Of a stretch of DNA of 64,000 nucleotides, positions 56,279-64,000 are shown in pieces. The notes beneath the pieces were generated by a model. That model was not told where the DNA came from. It saw nothing but the letters and a program-made list of their open reading frames with translations, and searched no databases. The DNA is from an uncultured Gammaproteobacteria bacterium. Lineage in GTDB: Bacteria > Patescibacteriota > Patescibacteriia > Magasanikbacterales > UBA10003. The position numbers and the translations under genes were made by a program. The stretch's first letter is position 1. The number at the start of each line of letters is the position of its first letter. The DNA lies in assembly GCA_964365025.1 (NCBI GenBank), contig CAYIOJ010000001.1:42475-106474 (forward strand). Reading direction: 5' to 3'.

Positions 56279-58591
56279 TTAATTCTTATCTAATTTATAA
56301 TCTTTAATAAATTTATCCACTTCCGGTTTAATCTGCGGAGCCAAAGAAATAATTTGATTGGCTGTTTCCCAGGCCTGTTTTTTATCGCCATTCAAAGCAT
56401 AAGCAGTGGCTAATTTAATATACCAATTGATATTTTCTGGTTCGGAGTTGACCAACTTTTCGTATTCTTCAATCAATTTTGGATAATTCTTGGCCAAACC
56501 ATACAAATCCAAAATATATTGTTTCTGATTCTGGTTTAAATCATAACCTAATTCCTGGAATTTTTCAATCTCGACCAGCCCCTCTTGCAATTGACCGGCC
56601 GCCACATAAGTCAACCCCAAAAACCAATGACTCAAAGCAACTTCCGGCGCCAACTCCACTGCCTGTTTTTGTACTTTCACCGCTTGATCAAAATTTTTCT
56701 CTAAAAGATAAAGACGGCCCAATAAAAATAAAATCTCTTGCTTTTGAGGGGAAATAATCTGCGCCGACAACAAATTCTTTTCTGCCATTTTATAATATTT
56801 GCTGTCAATCTGCTCTCCTAAAACCATATATACTTGACCGGCCCAAGCGTGGAAAGACAGGTTTTGAGGATTTTTAACAGCTGATTTTTCTAAAACTTCG
56901 GCAATCATCAGAGCAATTTTTTCAATTTCTTTGTTGTTAGTCACGGCATTGGCCTTATTAAATTGAGTAAATTGTTCGGCTAAAAAAATAGCGTCTTCCG
57001 CGACAAAAGGATTGGCAATGGTTAAAACTTTTGTGGCATGCGTAGACCAATCCGCTAGATTGCCGCTTAATTCAGCTTGCCGCATGTGATAAGAAGACCG
57101 CAATGGCAGATAAAAAGCGCGATAAAATAAAAAAATAAAAAACAACAAAAGCCCAAATTTAAATATAATAGCGCGCGTGGATGAGCCAACGGGCGCGTCC
57201 ACTTGACTGGTAATTTTTGAGCGGCGCGCGGCGGAAATATACGCCAACAACATAATCCACAAAATTAAACTGTTTGAGGTTTCAAATAAAAACAAATCAA
57301 ATGCCAAATAAGCGGCGAGAGTCGAAATTAAAGCAATTTTCGCGCTGTTTGGTAATACAGATGAAATATTTTCCCGCCATAATAAATAATAAAAAGCAAA
57401 AAATAAAATAGCGAGGTAGCTGATGAACCCGACTGCGCCGGCGGAATCGACTATTTCCAAAAGCCAATTGTGCGGCTTGTCCCAAACCGTCTCGGTAAAA
57501 CCATATTGTAATAATTTTGGATTAAAATATTTATCAAAAATTAAATTAAAATTACCCATTCCCCAACCCAACAACGGCCTCTCTTTAAACCCAGCCCAAG
57601 CCATCTGCCAAACCAGCAACCGCGTTTCGCTGGTACCAGAGATATAACCAACTGGATTAAATAAATTGGCTAAGTGAGGAGCGCGAAATTGAATAAATCT
57701 TTGTTGGGAAATAAAAAACAGAACAAAAAATAAAATTATAAATGACAGAAATGAAGTGGCAATGATTATTTTTTGTTTTTTGGATTGCAAAATAAAAAAA
57801 GCGACTATGAGGCCGACAAAAACGCCAAAAATTAATCCAACTAAAGCGCCTCGATTACCACTTTGCCAAATAACAAATAAAAACAGCGCGGCCGAGGCCA
57901 AATAAAGCCAACGCCATTTATTTCTATAAATTAAAAACAAATAAACAGCCAAGCCCATTGCTAAAAGTAAATAGCCGGCTAAAAAAGCGCGATTGCCAAT
58001 AATACCGCCGCCGGCAATGCTCTGCCAGTTCACCGGGAGAATTTCTGGCCAAAGAGCGGACAAGGAGACGAGGGCGGCTGTCAAGATGGCGAAGAAAAAA
58101 AAAGTATGAGATTGTTTCGTCGCTCCGCCGGTGGCGGAGCTCCTCGCAATGACATTATGAGAATAAAAAAAACTAACCAGTAAAAAATAAAAAGCGCCAA
58201 AATGCAGCCAGGTAAAAACCCCATTGGCGCGCGCTTGATTACCCCAAAAGCTATTGGACGGATTAACGCCGATAAAGGAAGTGATGATGAGAGCGGCAAG
58301 AAAAATAAGAATTGACCAATCAAGTTTATTGAGCCGACATGTTTTAGATCCCTCGACTTCGCTTCGCTTCCTGCCTGCCGGCAGGCAGGGCGCTCGGGAT
58401 GACAAATAATTATACAGCCACAAAACCACCAAAAACTCCACAACAATCTGAAAAATTATCGTTTTGCCAAAATGCCAAGGAAAAAAGGTAAACGGCGTAA
58501 ATAAGAGCGGCAAAAATACAATAAAGTACAATCCGTATTTTAAAAATGTGTCAAATTTTGTAGAAAACATAATCAATAATAACCTTATCAA
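56279..58591 (-). CDS. O-antigen ligase / Wzy_C-family membrane protein fused to C-terminal TPR repeats (paralog of 49912..52128).
   Basis: 770 aa with the same architecture: about 12 TM helices, a periplasmic loop, and a C-terminal TPR region (AEVALSHWFLGLTYVAAGQLQEGL...). Confidence 0.5.
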   Translation of the reverse strand: MIRLLLIMFSTKFDTFLKYGLYFIVFLPLLFTPFTFFPWHFGKTIIFQIVVEFLVVLWLYNYLSSRAPCLPAGRKRSEVEGSKTCRLNKLDWSILIFLAALIITSFIGVNPSNSFWGNQARANGVFTWLHFGAFYFLLVSFFYSHNVIARSSATGGATKQSHTFFFFAILTAALVSLSALWPEILPVNWQSIAGGGIIGNRAFLAGYLLLAMGLAVYLFLIYRNKWRWLYLASAALFLFVIWQSGNRGALVGLIFGVFVGLIVAFFILQSKKQKIIIATSFLSFIILFFVLFFISQQRFIQFRAPHLANLFNPVGYISGTSETRLLVWQMAWAGFKERPLLGWGMGNFNLIFDKYFNPKLLQYGFTETVWDKPHNWLLEIVDSAGAVGFISYLAILFFAFYYLLWRENISSVLPNSAKIALISTLAAYLAFDLFLFETSNSLILWIMLLAYISAARRSKITSQVDAPVGSSTRAIIFKFGLLLFFIFLFYRAFYLPLRSSYHMRQAELSGNLADWSTHATKVLTIANPFVAEDAIFLAEQFTQFNKANAVTNNKEIEKIALMIAEVLEKSAVKNPQNLSFHAWAGQVYMVLGEQIDSKYYKMAEKNLLSAQIISPQKQEILFLLGRLYLLEKNFDQAVKVQKQAVELAPEVALSHWFLGLTYVAAGQLQEGLVEIEKFQELGYDLNQNQKQYILDLYGLAKNYPKLIEEYEKLVNSEPENINWYIKLATAYALNGDKKQAWETANQIISLAPQIKPEVDKFIKDYKLDKN
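58370..58389. repeat. Perfect 20-bp GC-rich palindrome cctgcctgccggcaggcagg embedded in a ~50-bp GC-rich patch inside the AT-rich coding sequence.
   Basis: Seen directly at 58370-58389. Flanked by the direct repeat cgcttcgcttc. It encodes ...LPAGRKRSEVEG... in the N-terminal loop of 56279..58591. Confidence 0.6.
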
Positions 58592-58607
58592 AAATCAGCT
58601 ATAAAAT

Positions 58608-58642
58608 CAACAACCCCTCGTTTTTAGTACGAGGGGTTGTTG
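58608..58642 (-). terminator. Strong hairpin (14-bp perfect stem caacaacccctcgt/acgaggggttgttg, 7-nt loop) downstream of the giant surface-protein gene; probable terminator.
   Basis: Inverted repeat 58608-58621 / 58629-58642, 36 nt after the stop at 58678 on the minus strand. Flanked by A/T-rich runs. Confidence 0.5.
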
Positions 58643-58677
58643 GGTGATAGTTTTACGCTACTATCAAACAGAGTTCA

Positions 58678-61600
58678 TTAATAGGTGAAGGTCTTCCAGA
58701 CGAGCGGCAGGTCTTGGCTCATAGAAGTTATGCCACCGGCTGCAGCAATGCCATCAGTCCAACCTATGTCAGCTGAACCCATACGGATAGACAAGGTCTT
58801 GGTTGAAGCTGAATCGGTAGTGTCCAGAGTGACATAGAAGGTCTTGGAAGCGCCGGAAGCTATTTCAACATCAGTCATACCGCCGTCATTAAAGGCAGTA
58901 TTACCAAAAGTTTGCTTCTGACCCTCAGTTGCCGTATTCACGAAGTTGGAAGTTCCCAAAGCAGTGGTGCTTAAACTATCCTTGTATAGATTAATAGCGC
59001 GAGGGGTAATGAGACCGGCCACCTGTGAAATTGTAGTGGACATATCAAAGTTCACATAATTCACAGTGGCAGTGTAGGCGCCGCTATTAGCCAGGTTGGT
59101 AACAACAAACTTAGCCACGGTCTGCGCTGAAGACGGAGATGATGCGCCAGACGGAGTATCAGTTGCCCAAGCAGTTGTCAGTTTGGCGCGATACAAGGTG
59201 GTCGTAGCCGCAAAGGCATTACCACCGGTAGTGGCGCCGGCAGCGGCATAAATATTAGCCGTTCCGCTTTGTGAGACTGTAGCGGTGATAGATTGTCCGG
59301 AAGATGCGCCAGTAGCGGTTATCGGGCTGTTAATGGTAGCTGGAGTGCCATAGTAATCGGCCAATATACCCACTTCAACAGTTTGACCGGTTGTAGACAA
59401 ACCAAGTGATTCATAAGTGGTCGCATCAGCTTTTACCACTAAAACTTTAGACACGCCTTTGGCAATATTCAAGCTTAAACCGGAGAAAATTGCGTGCTCA
59501 TAGGTAGTAGTGGCAGTAGTTGAATCGGAGTTGAAAGAAGCCACGGCTGAACCAATAATAGTATTGGTTTCATTATCATAGAGTCGGATATTATACCAAG
59601 TACCGGTAGTGGCGGCGGTTACCAATTTAGAACTAACCACTAACTGGGAGATATTGATGGCTTCAGTTGAGCTAGCCGCAATCTTGAATCTGGCAATGGT
59701 CTGATCCACCGAACCAAGCAAATAATTGTTAGCTACCGGAGTGTCAGAATCTGTTGTTATCATAAAAGCGCCAGCAGAAGAAACATAATTCTGTTGCAGA
59801 GCAACATCAGCTGCGCTGGCCAAGCTGGCAGAGGTGCCAGTGTCATAACCAGTGGCAGTGATTGAATCAATTTCAATTAACACATCGGCCGTGGTTAAAG
59901 CAGTTTTCAGATCAGCAAAGACATCAACCACATACTGCGCGCCGGCATTAATTTTAACAGCCGGAGAAACATTGAAGGAATAAGTGTTAAGAGTGGTACA
60001 AGTGCCGGAAGGATTGGCATAAGTTGTGCCCAATTGCACTCCAGCGCTATTCTTCAAAGTTAAATTCTGCAAGTGGTCGCCAATACAATTGGTGGTGTCA
60101 TTGTCAGCTAAAACAATCTGTGACACATTGACCGCTTCGCCAGAACCGGCGGTAATCACTAATGAAGCAACCTTCATTTGTGACGCGTTAACCGGGCCGG
60201 TTGGCGTGCCAGATGATCCATTACCAAATGAAGCATTCTTGCCGGCAGTCACCGTGCCGGTCTTTACAGCCAAGGCATTGGCATTTTGAGCCACCGTGCT
60301 GATAGAAGACAAGGAAACCGTGCCTTGAGCGTTAGAAGAACCAAGCACCAAACCGGTAGTATAGGTTTCTACGCCAGTGATTTCGCTATCTGTGGTATCA
60401 GCCACTATCTTAACTGCGGCAGTTTTGCCAGCTTTAATAATAAAGCTGCTGCCAAAAGTGCCCCATCCGGTATCAGCTACGCCAGCGGTCTCTAACAAAG
60501 CAATGGTAGTGCCGACCTGGGAGCCATCAACCAGCAAACGAACATTGACCAATTCATCACCGGCGGAAGTACAAGTACCGGTACAAGTTGAAGACACGCT
60601 CAAACTGGAAACCTTAACATCTTCGCCATTGGCTTTCCAGTTGAATTTAGCCAAAGTAACACTGGTGGCTCCATCCGGGATATTGCCGGTTGGGGAATCA
60701 GTGGCTAAGGTTTGAGTCAAAGTGCCGGTATTGATGGCATAATTGACAGCCGTACCAGAGGTATTTGGCTCAATAACCGAGAAACTTTCAGAACTGGCTG
60801 ACGAAAGTGTCTTGATAAACACATTGTAGCCCTTATCGTATTGCAAGATATCAGAATTGTTCTGAATAGTGGCGCGGAAATTGCGATTGGTGCCGCCAAC
60901 CACATCAGTCTTCAAGCTAAGAATCTTAGTCTGACCTTTAGTCACCAAATAAGGACTGGCTGACAAATCAAAAGTAATGGTTTTATCAGCAGCCATTTCA
61001 GCAACTGCGGAACCGATATTGCTAACGCCGTCAGACAAGATAAAATTCTTCAAATCGCCAACATTGAGAGAACCAACTAAAGTAAAGACAACCTTTCTCA
61101 CCTCCACATCCTGATTGGTATTGGCCGCTTGCACTCTCCAAATCTCAAAGCCATTTGTTCCAGGATCAACTGTGCCTGCGGCTGAAGGGCTTGAGCTGGT
61201 CCAAACCAATTTAGCCAGATCAGTTATTTCAGCGGTGGTGAAAGTACTGCCAACCAAGGGGAAAGTACCGGAAACTGTTCCGCTCGCCAATACTACATCA
61301 CTGGAAGCATTGACCGAGAAAGTAAGAGTTTTGCCAGAATTTACATCCACTTCTTTAAGGTCAAGTTTGACGGTTATTACCTTGGAAGTACCTTTGCTAA
61401 CAGTGAAAAGACCGGCGCTGTTGGAAAAAGTTATCACATTAGAAGCAATTGCCGGATTGCTGATCAATCTGGTTTCACCGTCAAAAAGATACATGTTGCT
61501 GATATCAGTGTCAGCCGAAACACCACCTCTTTTAACTTTAATATCAGTTACTTTCGCATCACCATCAGCAGCCGCGGTGAATGACAACTTTAACACCGGG

Positions 61601-62454
61601 ATCAAGGCCTGCGCGCCGCCGCCAGTAGAATCATCAGACACAATCGTAGTTGCTACCGGCTGATCGCTGGCCAAACTCACAGTCAAACCAGAACCGGAAG
61701 TTGTGGTGGTTGTGCCGCCAGTGCCTGTTCCTACTGCCGCTCCTGTGCCAGCCACTGTTTTCAAAGTAGCGTCAGCAGCCAGGTCAGCGCCGGCAGTGTA
61801 TCCATCCAAATTGGCAGCTAACACCGCGTATTTGGTCTGGAAACCATTGGCAGCCAACACATCAGCAGACACTTTTTGTTTGCTGTTGGCGGCATTGACA
61901 TAGAAATAATCAGAGCCGACCTTCACCAACGCGCCAACCGGATAGGAGGCGGTGTTGACAGAAGAGCCAACTTTATAGACATAAGGGAAAATGCTTGGGT
62001 CAACATCATGAACTTTTTTGGCCCAATCATTGCCAAACAATGATTTGGCAATCGCTTCTGTTTCAATCCAGCGGATGCTTCCACCGGGTTCAACAGCGTA
62101 TACTTTTGGATCGGTCTGAATCTTCACCAATTGGGTGCCGGCTTTGTAAGCCACAGTGCCGCCAATGGTGATATTGCCCATTTGGGCGTCTGGAATTTTC
62201 TTCACCACGGTCCAATCTTTGTACCAGGAAAAGAAAACTTTATCGGTTGGGAAAGTATAGCGTTTGCCATCAGCGGAATAGTAAAACACATTCTTGGTGG
62301 AAGTGCCCTGAATCACATCGCCGGCAACCAAAGCCACATCGGCCTTGACAACCAACGGCGCGACCAAAGCGGCAAAACCAATTGACCAAAGAATTGTGGT
62401 GAACACTACACTCACAGTCAACGCTTTCTTTCCGATTTTTAATACATCGGTCAT
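58678..62454 (-). CDS. Giant secreted Thr/Ser/Gly/Ala/Val-rich surface protein (1258 aa), adhesin / S-layer-like.
   Basis: N-terminal signal/anchor LTVSVVFTTILWSIGFAALVAPLVVKA. Beta-rich low-complexity composition (TGTGAAVGTGTGGTTTTTSGSGLTVS...), no catalytic motifs. Higher GC than the locus average. Confidence 0.5.
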   Translation of the reverse strand: MTDVLKIGKKALTVSVVFTTILWSIGFAALVAPLVVKADVALVAGDVIQGTSTKNVFYYSADGKRYTFPTDKVFFSWYKDWTVVKKIPDAQMGNITIGGTVAYKAGTQLVKIQTDPKVYAVEPGGSIRWIETEAIAKSLFGNDWAKKVHDVDPSIFPYVYKVGSSVNTASYPVGALVKVGSDYFYVNAANSKQKVSADVLAANGFQTKYAVLAANLDGYTAGADLAADATLKTVAGTGAAVGTGTGGTTTTTSGSGLTVSLASDQPVATTIVSDDSTGGGAQALIPVLKLSFTAAADGDAKVTDIKVKRGGVSADTDISNMYLFDGETRLISNPAIASNVITFSNSAGLFTVSKGTSKVITVKLDLKEVDVNSGKTLTFSVNASSDVVLASGTVSGTFPLVGSTFTTAEITDLAKLVWTSSSPSAAGTVDPGTNGFEIWRVQAANTNQDVEVRKVVFTLVGSLNVGDLKNFILSDGVSNIGSAVAEMAADKTITFDLSASPYLVTKGQTKILSLKTDVVGGTNRNFRATIQNNSDILQYDKGYNVFIKTLSSASSESFSVIEPNTSGTAVNYAINTGTLTQTLATDSPTGNIPDGATSVTLAKFNWKANGEDVKVSSLSVSSTCTGTCTSAGDELVNVRLLVDGSQVGTTIALLETAGVADTGWGTFGSSFIIKAGKTAAVKIVADTTDSEITGVETYTTGLVLGSSNAQGTVSLSSISTVAQNANALAVKTGTVTAGKNASFGNGSSGTPTGPVNASQMKVASLVITAGSGEAVNVSQIVLADNDTTNCIGDHLQNLTLKNSAGVQLGTTYANPSGTCTTLNTYSFNVSPAVKINAGAQYVVDVFADLKTALTTADVLIEIDSITATGYDTGTSASLASAADVALQQNYVSSAGAFMITTDSDTPVANNYLLGSVDQTIARFKIAASSTEAINISQLVVSSKLVTAATTGTWYNIRLYDNETNTIIGSAVASFNSDSTTATTTYEHAIFSGLSLNIAKGVSKVLVVKADATTYESLGLSTTGQTVEVGILADYYGTPATINSPITATGASSGQSITATVSQSGTANIYAAAGATTGGNAFAATTTLYRAKLTTAWATDTPSGASSPSSAQTVAKFVVTNLANSGAYTATVNYVNFDMSTTISQVAGLITPRAINLYKDSLSTTALGTSNFVNTATEGQKQTFGNTAFNDGGMTDVEIASGASKTFYVTLDTTDSASTKTLSIRMGSADIGWTDGIAAAGGITSMSQDLPLVWKTFTY

Positions 62455-62710
62455 AAAATAATTAATTCTTGCGAATCGTGGTGATTAAGAAGTGGATCCC
62501 GAATCAAGTTCGGGATGACACTGCCGTGTCACTTTAGACCCGCTATTTAATTTTTAAGCAGTTCCCCTCTGGTTTCCCAGAGTCGACCTTTGGTCTCCTG
62601 CCACTCGCCCCCTCCGGCAAGGATTTTTTTTAATTAAGGACAGTCCCTCCGAAAGCCCTAAAGTTGAAATTGTTCTAATGAGTAACATTAACAATTCCAG
62701 CTTTAAAGCT
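62455..62710 (-). promoter_or_regulatory. 256-bp GC-rich, highly structured intergenic leader upstream of the giant surface-protein gene (promoter plus 5' UTR; candidate cis-regulatory RNA).
   Basis: At least three stem-loops in the minus-sense RNA. AUCCCGAA/UUCGGGAU is an 8-bp stem at 62496-62516. GUGACAC/GUGUCAC lies at about 62520-62540. CUCUGG-GAAA-CCAGAG is a GNRA hairpin at about 62560-62578. There is also a GC-rich tract ccggagggggcgagtggcagg. Confidence 0.35.
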
Positions 62711-63994
62711 CTATTTGATGGAACTCGTGACGCCGCTGGTCGGCTTAACTGCCGGTACAGTCAAAATACTTTCAATATTATTACTTTCGCCAGAACTCGT
62801 CGCGCTCGCGCCAATCTTCGCGTCAACAGTTGGCAAAGTGCTGGTGACAATCTCTTGCATCGGGGCTTTCAAAATCACCGCGGCATCGGCTTTTACTTCC
62901 GCCACCTGCGTCAAGGCGGTACCTTCCCTTAATTTATCCATGGCGCCATTAAAATTATCTTTAGCCAATTCATCTTTAGCTTGATTCAAGGCTTCTTTAG
63001 CCACTCCCGCGCTTTCTTTGGCCGGCGCCATTAAAGTAGCGGCATCTTGCTGTTCTTTTTTAGTTGTCGGTACGCCTGATGGCGTTGAAGTAACAATAGT
63101 GTTGATTTGTATTTCCACTTGGTTGACTTTCACTTCCAAGGCCTTTAATTTGCTGTCTACAGCGTTTTTAACTTCTTGCGCCGGCATTGTCGCTCCATCG
63201 GCTTGATGTTTTTCCACCATCACCTCTACAGCTTTCACGCCGGTTTCCACTGTGGTGGCTGTAGCTTGCTTAACCTGCTCTTGCACAGACAAAGCGCCTG
63301 TTAAAGGAGTTGGTTCTGTTTTCACATCAACTTTCAAATCCTCTTTGGTTTGCTCCAATGATTTTTGAATTTCAGTTGTTTTTTGCTCCACGACTTTTGC
63401 CACCTCCACGGCCTGATTGGCGGAAACGCTGGACGGTTGAGGCGCGTTATTTTTCATCGCGTCCAAATTACCTTTCACTTGTTCCAGATCCTTTTTCAAA
63501 TGCGTCACCGCTTCTTCCACTTTTATTTTCTTATCTTTTTTGGACAAATTGCTTTTAACGATTTTTTTCACTTCTTCAGCTCGTCGGCCGGCAAATTCAG
63601 CGCGCAATTTTGTTTCCTGCGGTTTGGAGGCTAAAGTCGTTTGCACATTTTCAGTGGCTAATTTTACAGAATACATGGCGTCTCCGGGCAAGCTATCATA
63701 TGACGCGCTCACGGTCGTCACCCAACCACCAGTCACTAAACTAATGACCAAAATCATCACTGCCATCGGCTTAATTACATAGGATACTGCTTGGCGCGGC
63801 ATAAACACATTCATGAAATTCCAGACCTGCGCAAAATGCCAAGAGGGCGCTGCGGTTTTGGCCGGCGCTAAAGTATTTTTGATTTGCATGAGTAAAACCT
63901 CGCGATTGCCTTTCAGCCAGTCAGCGCGAGGAGACCCCACACCTTGCAAGGTATGAAGTGATTTGATTTGATTTTTGAGTTCGCTATTAAACAT
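62711..63994 (-). CDS. Membrane-anchored coiled-coil protein (N-terminal cytoplasmic segment, one TM, long extracytoplasmic coiled coil); hypothetical.
   Basis: TM AVSYVIKPMAVMILVISLVTGGWVTTV, then an Ala/Lys/Glu/Val-rich heptad sequence (KKDLEQVKGNLDAMKNNA...). Its start codon lies 6 nt from the window end. Confidence 0.4.
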   Translation of the reverse strand: MFNSELKNQIKSLHTLQGVGSPRADWLKGNREVLLMQIKNTLAPAKTAAPSWHFAQVWNFMNVFMPRQAVSYVIKPMAVMILVISLVTGGWVTTVSASYDSLPGDAMYSVKLATENVQTTLASKPQETKLRAEFAGRRAEEVKKIVKSNLSKKDKKIKVEEAVTHLKKDLEQVKGNLDAMKNNAPQPSSVSANQAVEVAKVVEQKTTEIQKSLEQTKEDLKVDVKTEPTPLTGALSVQEQVKQATATTVETGVKAVEVMVEKHQADGATMPAQEVKNAVDSKLKALEVKVNQVEIQINTIVTSTPSGVPTTKKEQQDAATLMAPAKESAGVAKEALNQAKDELAKDNFNGAMDKLREGTALTQVAEVKADAAVILKAPMQEIVTSTLPTVDAKIGASATSSGESNNIESILTVPAVKPTSGVTSSIK

Positions 63995-64000
63995 TTTGAT

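Noticed and set aside
62455-62710. Possible tRNA or other known small RNA in the GC-rich intergenic region.
   Set aside because: There is no cloverleaf. The 8-bp stem with 6-nt loop does not fit a T-arm, and no acceptor or anticodon arms were found. It is kept only as a structured leader.
1-64000. CRISPR arrays, rRNA, transposases or integrases.
   Set aside because: No regularly spaced direct repeats, no rRNA-like conserved blocks and no DDE or tyrosine-recombinase motifs were seen in any frame.

Overview
This is an AT-rich window (about one-third GC by eye), with almost all genes on the minus strand and tightly packed, several with 4-nt start/stop overlaps. I could not detect any rRNA, tRNA, CRISPR array or obvious transposase.

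Most of the window (about 750..48211) is one very large glycan-biosynthesis / glycosylation locus:
- Nucleotide-sugar modules: CDP-glucose (RfbF plus a dehydratase), an NDP-heptose pathway (GmhA, GmhB, and an HldE-like protein with inverted domain order), UDP-xylose synthase, a NeuB-like ulosonic-acid synthase fused to a cupin, and an AsnB-like amidotransferase.
- Glycosyltransferases: three GT2 (DPM1-like), five GT4, three large polytopic GT-C/YfhO-like membrane proteins and a UbiA prenyl-phosphate transferase.
- Modifying enzymes: five SAM methyltransferases (two with N-terminal Zn-ribbon, one TylCIII-like C-methyltransferase architecture) and an exceptional eight radical SAM enzymes (four B12-binding class-B type, four SPASM/twitch-like, including one paralogous pair).
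- TPP enzymes: an ALS/YerE-like protein and an E1 alpha/beta pair, a combination that in known deoxysugar pathways installs two-carbon branches.

Three sharply GC-rich islands interrupt this AT-rich background:
- 1..700: a TylF-like O-methyltransferase.
- 21995..25093: a HAD hydrolase, a DMT transporter, a degenerate-Nudix-like protein and an HD hydrolase, with terminators inside and at the right edge.
- 52230..55535: a 1084-aa lipoprotein made of ~24 cysteine-rich CxDxNxCTxDxC (Dictyostelium-CTDC-like) repeats.

The right third of the window encodes a putative surface-protein module:
- Two paralogous O-antigen-ligase(Wzy_C)-TPR fusion proteins.
- A membrane-anchored TPR protein.
- The Cys-repeat lipoprotein.
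- A 1258-aa Thr/Ser/Gly-rich secreted giant protein preceded by a 256-bp GC-rich structured leader.
- A coiled-coil membrane protein.

Taken together these look like a candidate protein O-glycosylation / S-layer system fed by the upstream radical-SAM-rich glycan factory. All functional calls come from motif recognition in the supplied translations; no database searches were run.
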